From: Iphione sp. A-MEVVRFRX5
Lineage: Eukaryota
Length of the DNA stretch: 64,000 nucleotides
Reading direction: 5' to 3'
NCBI GenBank assembly: GCA_976226885.1
Contig: OZ320315.1
Span: 82,026,001-82,090,000, forward strand
The first letter of the stretch is position 1; the number at the start of each line of letters is the position of its first letter. This document shows, in pieces, positions 24,201-35,400 of this stretch. The position numbers were made by a program, and so were the translations under genes. A model generated the notes under the pieces. The model had not been told where the DNA came from and did no database searches. It was given only the letters and a program-made list of their open reading frames with translations.

Positions 24201-26049
24201 TTTCAGTCCATGGGGAAAAGGCATTAACATGTACTAGTGTGTGGAGAAGCGTCAGGTACACGTCCCGGCTTGAGCGACGCAAATAGCATAGTTGATGCAC
24301 CAACCACATGGAAGCTTTGTAATGGGTAGCACGGCGCAGTATTCCCCCACTTTAGTATCGGACCTTCTTTGAAACTTCTGGTCAGGTCAGTCTGCAGCAT
24401 GTAAATATATGTAGTACGGTGCTTTTTTGTTATTTGTACCTACGAGAAGATGATGCAGATGCACATCATAATTTATCCTTAAGCATAGGCCTACAAAATA
24501 TATCATATCTCTTTTATCTTTCTCGTTAATCCCGCTGGCCAATCCCTGTTTTTTTTGTGGTTGAGTCAAGCACTAATAAATGTCCAACCAATCACATATT
24601 TCAAGAAGTTGGATGAAACATTGTACTGATTTGCCATGTTACTTTAATCCCTTATGACGCTTGTTGCTCTCCTTCCTCTAAGACATGGTCCAAAAGGGAA
24701 ATAGTACATAATACCAGTTCAAGTTCAGCCTTGTACATCTTCTACTGCCTTCCTTTATCATCTGAAGTTCTGCATCTTTGTTTCTATACAAGTCTCACTC
24801 TTTAAGTTGAGTGCTAATACCACTCCAACCTAAGTGTTGTCCATGTTAATATCAAGTGATCAAGCCAATACAGTTATACACAACCTGGATAGTGCTTGTC
24901 TACCAAAGACACCCTCCATGGCTTATTCAAGATTGGCTCAAGCATTTGCAAATCATGCAACCAAGGACATATCCATCAATGTTACAGTATATTTGGTTAA
25001 TTACTCAGATTCAGACTGGTTGTCTAACATATATTCTTCCTTAATCCTGTACATAGTCAGCTCTAACCTATGAGACCACCTCTGGTGCCGGGGAAATAGG
25101 GTGTCTGTTGAGGTCTGGTCTTCTCTGTAGTCTCTTTTGATAAAGAAATGTATACCTTTGGTTCTGTACCCCAGTCCTGTCTCCTCTGTGATCTTGTCCA
25201 CACATGAGATTTTACTGTTCTATATAAGTGTCTCAAGGAAATGAATTTTCAGCAAGTATCAGATACTTGTGCCTAATTTTGAACTTTCTATAATTTCTCC
25301 TGCTTACAAACAAATATAGCGTTTAGCAACTGCCGAATAGTAATTGGAATTCAGCTGTACTTGAAACACGTTTGTAAACACCTTTCTCTTTAGATATCGT
25401 TCTATATACATTGTATACAAGTTACATGTTTATACCTTGACCAACTGTAGGCTTTCACACCTGGTGTTTACGATTGAAGTCACACCACATGAGATGGGGC
25501 TCATTAACGCGTTCTAGGCAATGCTAATTTAGCTGTAGAGAACGACATAATGTATTTCATACGACATGGTCAGTATGACCTGAGCACTAATGAAGGCTTC
25601 TGTATTCGTTACCTCAGATGTGATGGTTCACTCAGCGTCAGTGTCAAAACCTTTTTCGAATGAGCCTTGGTCCCGGGCGAACGGATCAATAATATGAATA
25701 CCATGCACAGTAAGCATTGTGCCACGACGCGAATACTGTGATAACCCAGTTGTAGGTATGCAGCTCTAATGGCATAATGTCATTACCAGCATGACATGGG
25801 TGGTTACTATTAATTCCTGAGGCGTGGTTTACAGGATTGACAGTATATTGATTAATAATTTATCAAATATGTGCGAAAATTACCTTAAGCTTTTAAAGTC
25901 CGGTCTTTTGTACGATCCGAGGCACATAGTTAGAGCGATAGGAAAATGCCTTTAAAAGTCAAACGAAGTAATCTATGGTTTTAACATGACACTCAATTTA
26001 ATCGTTCCTAAGGGACACTGACCAAAATTCTCCACTCTTGTCACTAGGG

Positions 26050-26759
26050 GTCTCCTGAGAGTTGACGACTGGGTGAGCTGCCGGGACGGCGAGACGGTAT
26101 CAGGAGGAGTAGGAGTGGGAGGCGGAGGAGGAAGAGAGAGACAGAGTGGCAGACGGCGAGGTGGCAGCAGCGGCAGCAGCAGCAGCGAAGGGGTGCGTAG
26201 CGGGCGGGAGGCCTAGAGACTGGCAGTCGCACCTCGTGCTTCCAGGCAGACCGAGGCGGAGGCAGCAGCAGCCGCCAGCCGGAGCAGCAGCCGCCGCGGC
26301 CGCTGCCGAAGCAGTAGCAGCAGACGCCTCAGTATAGCGCTGAGTGGATCAGAACCACTCAGTCGGCAGGATCAAGGGAGAACCGTGCGAGGTGTGCGAT
26401 CTACACTTGTTATGAGTGAGGGTAGTGGCAAGCTGGACTCGCCCGCACCCAAGTGGATCCCGGCCGCTTTACTGGAACTGCACTCCGCTCTTGCACAGGT
26501 AGAGCGCAGCCCCAAACTCCGCACTTCCCGGGGATTAACGTTTCCAGGCAAGTTTTACCGGTGGGATTGTGGATATTTGCTCGCCGAGATCTGATGTAAG
26601 TTGGATGGCAACTCTTAACTTGACGTTCTGTGAGATCTCATCACCGAGTCCAGGAACGGCGGTCTCTGGAGGAGCGTTCACCGGGGGGATGCAGCCGAAG
26701 GAGTTCGAATCGGATACCATGGCTATTCATAGAATTCCCCTAAAGCGTTCGGATCGTGG
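26050..26759 (+). promoter_or_regulatory. GC/CpG-rich putative promoter and 5' leader exon of the Kv gene
   Basis: GC boxes and GCA/GCC triplet runs, then two consensus donors, GAT|GTAAGT (26596) and TGG|GTGAGT (26760), about 1 kb upstream of the ATG. Confidence 0.5.
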
Positions 26760-27174
26760 GTGAGTCCCTTGGAATGAGTTTAGCACACGTGGCTTTGCTT
26801 CTATGACCGATTTATCACCTGGAATCCCTAGCAGATCCGTCGCTAAAGGCCGCCAGCTGGAATGGTGGTGGTGCACGACCGGCCGCTAACGGTGATTGCC
26901 AGTCATGGCCGTCGCTGAGTACAGCTGGCTGTCACAGCCGGCCCAGGATGCCGACGTAAAAAGACTCCACAATGACCGACTCTAGCCATGCCATGACCCG
27001 GCTACACGCCGCTGACTGCCGTTGCTCGCTGGGGCAGGTGCGCTTCTTCGTCTCCTCGTGGACGTCTCTATATCCTTCTCCATATGTGTGTGAAAGGCAG
27101 AAGATCCTAGACTATGGGTCCTGTTGCCTGACCCTCAACAGTCGCAAGATCCTAAAGTGTTGGTTTTACTAGTT

Positions 27175-27249
27175 CTACTACTACAACTTCTTCTGCTACT
27201 ACTACTGTTCTACTACTACTACTACTGTTCTACTACTACTACTACTACT
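27175..27249. repeat. Compound (CTA)n microsatellite punctuated by GTT
   Basis: Blocks such as GTT(CTA)n repeated about four times, followed by a pyrimidine-rich stretch. Confidence 0.9.
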
Positions 27250-27635
27250 GTTCCATTCTTCCTCTACTTCCATTTCCACATCTACTACAACATTCAGTTC
27301 ACCACGGAGCTGTGAGTACTTCCTTAGTAAAGGCTAGACGAGTGACCACGGGGGCTCGTGTATGTTTTTATCCTGTCGCCTGTGTCGGCGTAGCTTTTGG
27401 CCATGTCCCTGGCTTCTATATGTGCGACAAGCCAGTGGCTCAGACAAATTGATGCTGCGCCACGTGTCGCCGTTGTCCTACGCTGGATAGAATAGTTCGG
27501 AGGAGAATCGCCTTCGTTTCCCGGTTGGTCTATCCTCTACGTCTTGTCCGTATATGGTCAGCCCTGGCAGCGGTGCAGCCATCTGCGCCTATCTTAACGT
27601 AACCGTTCTGCCCTACGGCTGCCCCCGTGAGAAAC

Positions 27636-29414
27636 ATGGGCACACGGTCGTCATTGTCCTTCCGTCGGGCAAGGAAGATTCCAATCCATGTCCCGGACCC
27701 AGAGGAGGCGGCGCCAAGTTTTGGCGCCGACGCCGGGGACGTTGGGGCTGTAGAGTCTCCGGGACCAGATTACCACCATGCCTCTGATCGCACTCGCTTT
27801 TTTGCCTACAAAACCGTGGCCCTTAACCACATCAACAGCAACCACGTCAACCACCGGATAGTGCGTGGCTCATCTAGGAGGAATCCGCAACCCCTCCGTC
27901 AGCGCCCGGCTCAAAGACACTACCATGTAGGGTCCTCGTCTTCAGCCATGGGCGGCGGCGGTCCACGGGCGAGTGGCTCAGGCTACAATCCCATGAGCCG
28001 CTCATTTTATCAGACAGAACCCTTCCCACAAACGGGAGGCCAAAGCGGCGGCCACACCCCCGAGCTTCGAAGAGCCTTGCTACCCGGACCGTCGATGTCA
28101 CCAAACTTGGGAGACTCATTGCAAAGACAACAACGTCACCACCACCATCAACAACAGCAGCAGCAACAACAACAGCAATATCAACAACAGCAACAACAAC
28201 AGTTGATGCAAGCCCAACAGCAACAAGCCAGTAAAGTGGATCCGCGTCAAGAGCCACAACAACCGGAACACGACTGCAAGTTACACGGTTGCGAGCGCGT
28301 AAGGATCAATGTTAGTGGTCAGTACTATGAGACACGAATAGGTTTGCTGAACAAACACCCGGACACCTTGTTGGGTAATCCGAAGAAGAGGCAACGCTTC
28401 TATGACCGTACACGCGATGAATTCTTCATCGACCGGCATCGGCCGAGCTTTGAGGCCGTCTTTGCTTACTTCCAGTACGGCGGCAAGTTAAGGAGGCCTC
28501 ATAATGTTCCCGATGACATCTTCTTGGCCGAGCTGTACTTCTACGAACTCGAGAAAGAGGTGGTGGACGAGTACAAGAAAGGCGAGGGATACGTCCACGA
28601 GGAAGTGGTCCTTCCCAAAAACCAAGTGCTCAGGAAGGTGTGGATGCTCTTCGAGTATCCGGAGACATCCAACTGGGCATTCGCCGTTGCAGTCATTTCT
28701 GTGATAATGACGCTCGTGTCGATCGTACTCTTTTGTGTGGAGACACTACCCGTGTTTGCAGTTACCCATTGTGTCGACGGGGAGGCCCCGAACTTCCTGG
28801 ATCCTTTCTTCGTCATTGAAACAACGTGCACGGCATGGTTCACAATCGAGGTGATAGTTCGCTTTATAGCCTGTCCGAGTAAGCTCGGTTTCTGGAAGGA
28901 TTTCAAAAATATTGTTGATTTGACCGCAATTATTCCGTATTACGTGACGTTTTTTAACGTCATATCCACCATGAGCTGTAGTAGTGCTAAGTCGAGCGCT
29001 TCGCTGGCATTCCTGCGGGTCATCCGCCTGATTAGAGTCTTCAAACTGACGAAGCACTCCGTAGGCCTGCAGGTTCTTATTTTAACATTCAAGGCCTCCA
29101 TCGAAGGATTAGGGCTCTTCCTCATAGCGCTCGTCGTATGCCTGCTCATCTTCTCTTCGGCCATCTATTATGCTGAATTCGGTATTCCTGGGTCTCAGAT
29201 CCAGAGTATTCCCGACGCCTTCTGGTGGGCCATTATCACCATGACTACCGTCGGCTACGGCGACAAGGTACCCGTCGGTGTGTGGGGCCGCCTGATAGGA
29301 TCTATATGTGCCCTAGTTGGCGTTCTCACGCTGGCTATTCCAGTGCCCATCATCACGGGCAATTTCAACCGCTTCTACTCCCACAAGACCGGGCGAGGAA
29401 AACATTCCTTGTAG
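27636..29414 (+). CDS. KCNA: Shaker/Kv1-family voltage-gated potassium channel alpha subunit, intronless CDS, 592 aa from ATG 27636
   Basis: Uninterrupted frame, in-frame TAA at 27600-27602 upstream, ATG in aacATGG context. T1 domain from ~28290 (CERVRINVSG...DTLLGNPKKRQRFYD...DRHRPSFEAV...GGKLRRPHNVP), S1-S6 with LFEYPETS, DPFFVIET, RFIACPSK, IVDLTAIIPY, basic S4, pore IPDAFWWAIITMTTVGYGD (TVGYG 29247-29261) and S6 PVP. Motifs match Kv1 by recall; specific orthologue not assignable. Confidence 0.96.
   Translation: MGTRSSLSFRRARKIPIHVPDPEEAAPSFGADAGDVGAVESPGPDYHHASDRTRFFAYKTVALNHINSNHVNHRIVRGSSRRNPQPLRQRPAQRHYHVGSSSSAMGGGGPRASGSGYNPMSRSFYQTEPFPQTGGQSGGHTPELRRALLPGPSMSPNLGDSLQRQQRHHHHQQQQQQQQQQYQQQQQQQLMQAQQQQASKVDPRQEPQQPEHDCKLHGCERVRINVSGQYYETRIGLLNKHPDTLLGNPKKRQRFYDRTRDEFFIDRHRPSFEAVFAYFQYGGKLRRPHNVPDDIFLAELYFYELEKEVVDEYKKGEGYVHEEVVLPKNQVLRKVWMLFEYPETSNWAFAVAVISVIMTLVSIVLFCVETLPVFAVTHCVDGEAPNFLDPFFVIETTCTAWFTIEVIVRFIACPSKLGFWKDFKNIVDLTAIIPYYVTFFNVISTMSCSSAKSSASLAFLRVIRLIRVFKLTKHSVGLQVLILTFKASIEGLGLFLIALVVCLLIFSSAIYYAEFGIPGSQIQSIPDAFWWAIITMTTVGYGDKVPVGVWGRLIGSICALVGVLTLAIPVPIITGNFNRFYSHKTGRGKHSL
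28122..28226 (+). repeat. CAA/CAG/CAC-rich coding repeat (polyH + polyQ) in the Kv N-terminus
   Basis: Encodes QRQQRHHHHQ10-Y-Q7-LMQAQQQQ shortly before the T1 domain. Confidence 0.95.
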
Positions 29415-32400
29415 TCCACGTTGCGACAGGTTCTATCGCCCTTTATGTCTCGCCATGCCGTCTCAGATGTAATCGGATCTTAGCTCTACTATAAAGAACA
29501 GAACAAGTGTGATTTGTGTAGTGATAACCACTCATGCGGTCGTGTCCGAATGTCACAGTTATAGCATATTTCCTACACAATGCTTACATGAGCAGTGTGT
29601 ATGTGTCACGTTTCAGGAGCCCTATAGCTGTTTTAAGATAGTGGCAATCTTATGTGAATTGTTGGCCCATTCCGATTATAAATGAGGAACAACGGAGCTC
29701 CTTTTGCATCGTATACTTACATGTAGGGCACTGAGGACGTGATGAGATGGAAAGGTAAGACGATGGCTCTCTGTCACTGAAACTTCCAAGATGGAGGCCC
29801 ACACTCTCAGGTAAGGTCGTCCTTGTGACGTCATCAACTGGGGCACCACAACAAATGCACTTTCGAGACGCGCACCCCAAATGTTGTAACCCCCAAGCAG
29901 GTATCTAAGCAACGCTCTATAACAGACCATAGCTCCGTTTACCATTGCTCAGTGCAGACTCAATCCTGTAAAAACCTGGGTTTAGGTCTACAACGTTGAA
30001 AAGTGGAGAGTCAACCTACTTTCTCGTGCTCTTAGAATTCAACTCGATTCTATTACTATTTATGTGTATACTAGGTATGCATTCTTCATCTGTACATGTA
30101 CCCATCTATTTACCATGACATATTACAATATAATGATATACAATATATATTATCTTGTCTTTCCCGCCTTCGATGAAGTTCTAGGGGAAACTAACGTTAT
30201 GTCACTGGTGAATCCTTTTCTGTTAATTTGAAAAAGAAGCCATTAGGATAAATGCTTGAATCAACTGTTTATTGGTGGTTTTTTTAGAAGCATACGTACG
30301 TTGCATTTCAACGTTTGATGGTATGTGTGAGAAGCGACTATTTAGTAAATGAAAAGCAGATAAACCTTACATACCTTGAATGAAGCACTTGAGAAAACCA
30401 AAGGACGGCATTGGGGAAAAGGTCATCACGGCGAGCCTTTTTCTATGTTAATCATAGTTAGGTCCAACTTATCGGGCATAAGGTATTCCCAACGCGAGCA
30501 GGATGTCTGGTCAAATGCTTGGAGATTTTTATCGACATGTGAGGGCGCTGGTCTGTATCTGTGGCAGCCGTCCCTCCATAAATGTCAGCGGAAATCAACG
30601 ATGGACTGTGTTCGACTCAACAACCAACACGAGCTACTCGAATCCAGACGTATCGTACGGTAACTGACAAGGAACGCGCTTCCATGTGTACCCATGGCAT
30701 GTCCCGTCAGTATCTAGTACCGTAATGAACAAGATCCCACCTCACAAGACCCATCCATAACTGTGTAAGTGTGTTCCCCGGCATTCGGCCTGCATCCCCA
30801 TGGGGTTGTCCTGGTTTCAGATTTATGCGTGGATCTAGTTTTTTTTGTTTTTATAAACCGTTTTCATTTGTTATTTTTGTTGTCTGTCAAGTGATCATTG
30901 TTGAAGCTCGTACATGCTACAAATGTCACTCGTGATGGTTTCCCGTGTGTACCATTGACTAAGAGATTGTCAAAGCCAAACCTGTGATGGATTCACTTTG
31001 TTCTGATTCAATCATCAAAGAGACGATGGTGCGGTGAGCCAATCGGCGTGCCCAAAGTGTCCGCTATTAGGGTGCATGTCATGCCGTAAGGCAACTATAA
31101 TCAATACGGATCAATCTAATGGGCAACTGAAAATCTCCGCTTTGAAAGGACTGTATACCACATACGCGGAGGATAAGAACCAATAGGTCATATTCTCCCG
31201 GTAGGATCTACAACCACTTTCCATCAACCTCTCACCTCACGATCATCCCTTCTTTCTCCCGGTAATTTGATAGTCTACGATAGTTGGTCGGTAAGGTCTG
31301 ATAATTCTTTATAGCGCTGTTCCTAATTTTGGAAGTATGCACTGTGAACACGAGTATGCTTATGGTCGGCCCCAACTAAAAAATGAGTATTCAGAACCGG
31401 CGCAAGGAGACGACGCTATGTACAAGTATAAGCCCATGCCCTGTATGGCACAGAGCATGTGCTTCGTGTAAGAATGGAATCAGGAAGACTGTTTCTTTTA
31501 GCAGCTTTGAAAAAGACCAAAATATTTTTCGGACAGACTCTTTCGTCAACATTAAAACAATGATCTAACTAAACAATGATTGCATAACCTTATTATGAAA
31601 CCCATCGTCTTCCAAGAAAACAACCCAAAATTCCAATCCGCTCTTCGCTGCCGATCCTAACCTGGCTGCTTGGTTCTAAATTGTATTCGCTTCGATGGTA
31701 ACGAATCTAATGACAAGGTAATCAAATCTATGTTTCATCTCTTCAACCTTTAAACAGGTGTGGCCTTGGTGAGGTCACGCCATTGACAGGTACCGAAAGC
31801 GTATGAATCTGCCAAGCGGTCTGCTAGGTCTCGTGATTGCTTGGCGTGGCAACTCGGATTTAGAATTGTACTGGTAGATTCGGCAATTGGGTCAGTGCGA
31901 ACATTATTCACATGCTCTTGCCATAAAAATAATGTAACCTTACATGAACTATTAACCAAGTAACATTTCTGTATATTCATCACTGACGGAAGTAAGCCAA
32001 AATTATCTAATATGAATTTACAAATATATACAAGGCCTTTTTTTACCAGTTTAGACGATCGCCTTTTATGCTAGATTTCTAATCGTGTAGATGTTTTGAC
32101 AATACAATAGATATAAGGTTATTTAGAAAATTAGTGATGGCGTCTTACCTTTCCTAAGAATTCATTCTCTTTATGATAGTTCTTTTAGCTATTCAGAAAT
32201 AATTTTATAGGTAAGTTAAAATGTATTCATAAAGCTCTCTCTATGCGCAGACCATCAGTCCAGTTTTGTATATATGGTATCATCTGAATTTCCTAAGTCA
32301 AAAAAAGCGTTCTCGTTCAGCATCTTGAAAACTATAAGCACTTCTATTAGTGTTCCTTATTACTTTGGCTGCAGAGTACAGGGAACTCTGAGATTCAGTC

Positions 32401-35400
32401 ACCTTACTTTTATCGGTTGCCTCAAGTAGCGCGCCTCAGACGGCAGCAATATGGTTTCACCTTCAATTCTCCTGAACCTTATCTATTGTTGCAGCAATGT
32501 CTCATAGTCGCCCACTTTTACAATGGATTCAATTGATTAGTAACTGTATTGGAGCTAGGTCTCGCACTGGATTTCAGTGTGGAATTTATATACTTAGCCT
32601 GTATGTATCTAAACTTATTCTCTATTTAAGCAAATCATATAGACAACAACCAATCAAATTTCGCCAAAATACAATACAATAGACGCTAGTGACGCGTTCC
32701 GGAGTAGACAGTATGGCATTAATTTCATTTGATGTGTATGGAGGCGCGATCGGGGGAAAAGTGAGATTAAACAATACCTGTATCTATTGGCGTCCCTAGT
32801 TTAGCGGATGGCCTCTGAATAATAACAAGCTTCTTTTCCAACCATCAAGTGAAATAAAATGCCTCGTCAGATATGTGTTCTCATAGAAATTTCATAAACA
32901 TGCCAACCCTATTCGATCCTCATAACCACTTAACCAAAATGACTGACGAGTCGCCAGTCCCACAGAGACCACTTCTGACGCACTGTAGAAAGAAGGATCG
33001 TTCGTAGTGGCTTGCCAAGGAGTGTATCGAACAAATGCATCATTTCTGTAAAGCTGGTTTCAATTAGTAAAAGGACAGGATGGTCTTGGTCATGTGAATG
33101 GTTAGCTGTCGCTGAAATGCTGAATGGTAACTATCGTTGGAAAGAAGCAACGAAATTTACAATTCTTCAAGGCATTGTCACTGGTGTACTGTTAAGAAAC
33201 CATTCCTAATGCAGGGGTAAATAAGTTAACATTCTAGCAAAATAATTTGGATGCTGGTTTTGTGTATTTGTAATTCGGTTTTAACTGCATACAAATTTAG
33301 AGGTGATCCTGGTTTGATTATATCAGTCTTTTTCATGCACATTTGTTAGACTCATACAAAACAATATCATTACAATTTCTACGCGACTGCTATTCCATAC
33401 GCATTACGGACGGAACTGTGGTGGTAATCTGTAAATGACAAGAAGCCTCGTTGTAAGCCTAGACAAGGCACGAAGGTGTTTGACCCTGTATTGTAAGATG
33501 GATACTGATACCATCACTGGGTTATAAGACCAAGTTGTTAATGATACCGAAAGTAACCAAATTCTTGTTTCCTCTCGAAAAGGTGCTGTGCTGAAGACCC
33601 ATCATGGTGTCATTCAATTTGTTGCTATTGGTAAATGGGAGGCACTCTATATTGTTATCATAGAGGGTGTATGCTGATACAATTGTTCTAAATAATGCTC
33701 AAATTTGTACACATCTGTGTTCATTTACGGCTCTGAAGATATGGTTGTCAAATGTAAACTGACACGGGATAAGGTTGTAGATGTTAACCCATTTAATACC
33801 CAAAAATTCCTGAATGCTTTCATTATCTTCATGGTCGGATATTAGGAGCCGACAGCTTACACAAGATTTGTAAATTCTCGGCACAATTTCCTTGAATACA
33901 ACATTGTTATATAATTTGTTTGTAATCATCTATGTTTTACTCAATGAGGTCACTACTGTAACAACATTTGTGAAACTATAAACATCACAGACGTTAACCA
34001 TATTAATGTTTATTGCACGAAAAGTGTGTTAAAATTGGTTTTTAAACGCATGAAAAATAGGTAATGTGCCAGTCGGTGAGTTCGCATAACGAGCGGACTT
34101 ATTTTCATTGGACTGAGCAGGTTAAAATTGATCAAAATATAAACAACATCTCATAGTTCCATTTGTCGTCTGCGTGCATGGGATCCAAGATTCGTTCATG
34201 ACAATTTCATGTACTGTGACTATTATTCGACATCTGTTTTGCCGGCTTTGCAATTCATCGGTTTAGCAAGATGAGCAACGATCATCGATGCGGCCATGTC
34301 CCTGTTTATGTGGGTCCCGCACCATTCCCAGCCCTATATACTAGGCACCTCCACCCCAGCCCAGTCCAGCCCAGCCCCCGCCCCTCTGGCCCCAATGACT
34401 ATTACCCACATTCGTAGCACCGTTTTTGCGGTCAGTGGCTACGTAGCAGGTTGTCCTCACCATTACATCACTCTACTACCCTTGTGTGGGCGAGAGACTG
34501 GCTGTTTATTGGGGAGGCAAGCCTAACTTGACGGCTATTCAGAAAGCCACTGTCATTAGCTACTATACTAACCTGACCATGCGTGAAGCTTAAACTCATT
34601 ACCTTCTCCTATTTATGACCTACCTAGCTGCTAGTAATTAGTCCATTCGATGCCGGTAACTCAGTTTCCCTTTCCTTATCCATTATTGTCTCCCATTTCT
34701 ATCCTCAATTCATTATATTTTTTACCAACAATTCTGAAAATGATTCATAAAAACCTTCATTGGATCGTGGAAATAGGGCCCTGACGTTTCAAATCCTCCA
34801 CTGACTGCCAAAAAAGCGGACGTCGTCTAGGAAAAGAGGAAGGTATTGTTTGACTGTGTAAGCCTCTTAGAATCTCATGGAGGACTAAAACATTCGAGGG
34901 CCTGACCGAGATCTTGAACTTCAGGGCTGCACTCTAGGCTGGGCAAGCGTAACTTTTAATGTCGTTGTTATTTATTCCAATCCCGTGTAATATGATTGAT
35001 TGTGCTGCGCTTAATAGTATCTACCCGTGGTTTTACTCTTTGATTTGCTGGTATCGTGCAAAATGGTGAAATTATTAGGACTGATTGAAAAACAACGGAA
35101 CAGTAGCAAATTAAAATATAAGTATGCAGTTACCATACTCCAGTTTGCCAGTAACGGTGTTGGCATTCAGTCATCCAGAAATGAACTCTACGAGGTGGGA
35201 TGTTACATTTTTTTTGCAAAGTAAAGGTAAAGGTACTACCGCAAGGCTTTTTAAAATTCGTTATTATATATTGCAGTAATATTTCAAGTGAATGGTTTTC
35301 AGTAAACCACTATAATAGAAGACAAAGCACTACCTGCTGTCCTACAAAATTTTGAAAAGAGCAATGGAAAGTCTTGGCGGGTTTGGTGAATTTACCAGAA

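Noticed and set aside
25550-25663. MYFIRHGQY resembles the histidine-phosphatase (PGAM5) motif
   Set aside because: 37-codon frame with no downstream LT..G..QA segment and no usable donor.
27651-29164. Minus-strand ORFs over the Kv CDS
   Set aside because: Antisense shadows of a codon-biased real gene.
33640-33690. LYDNNIECLP, LRR-like, minus strand
   Set aside because: Single motif with no repeat array.
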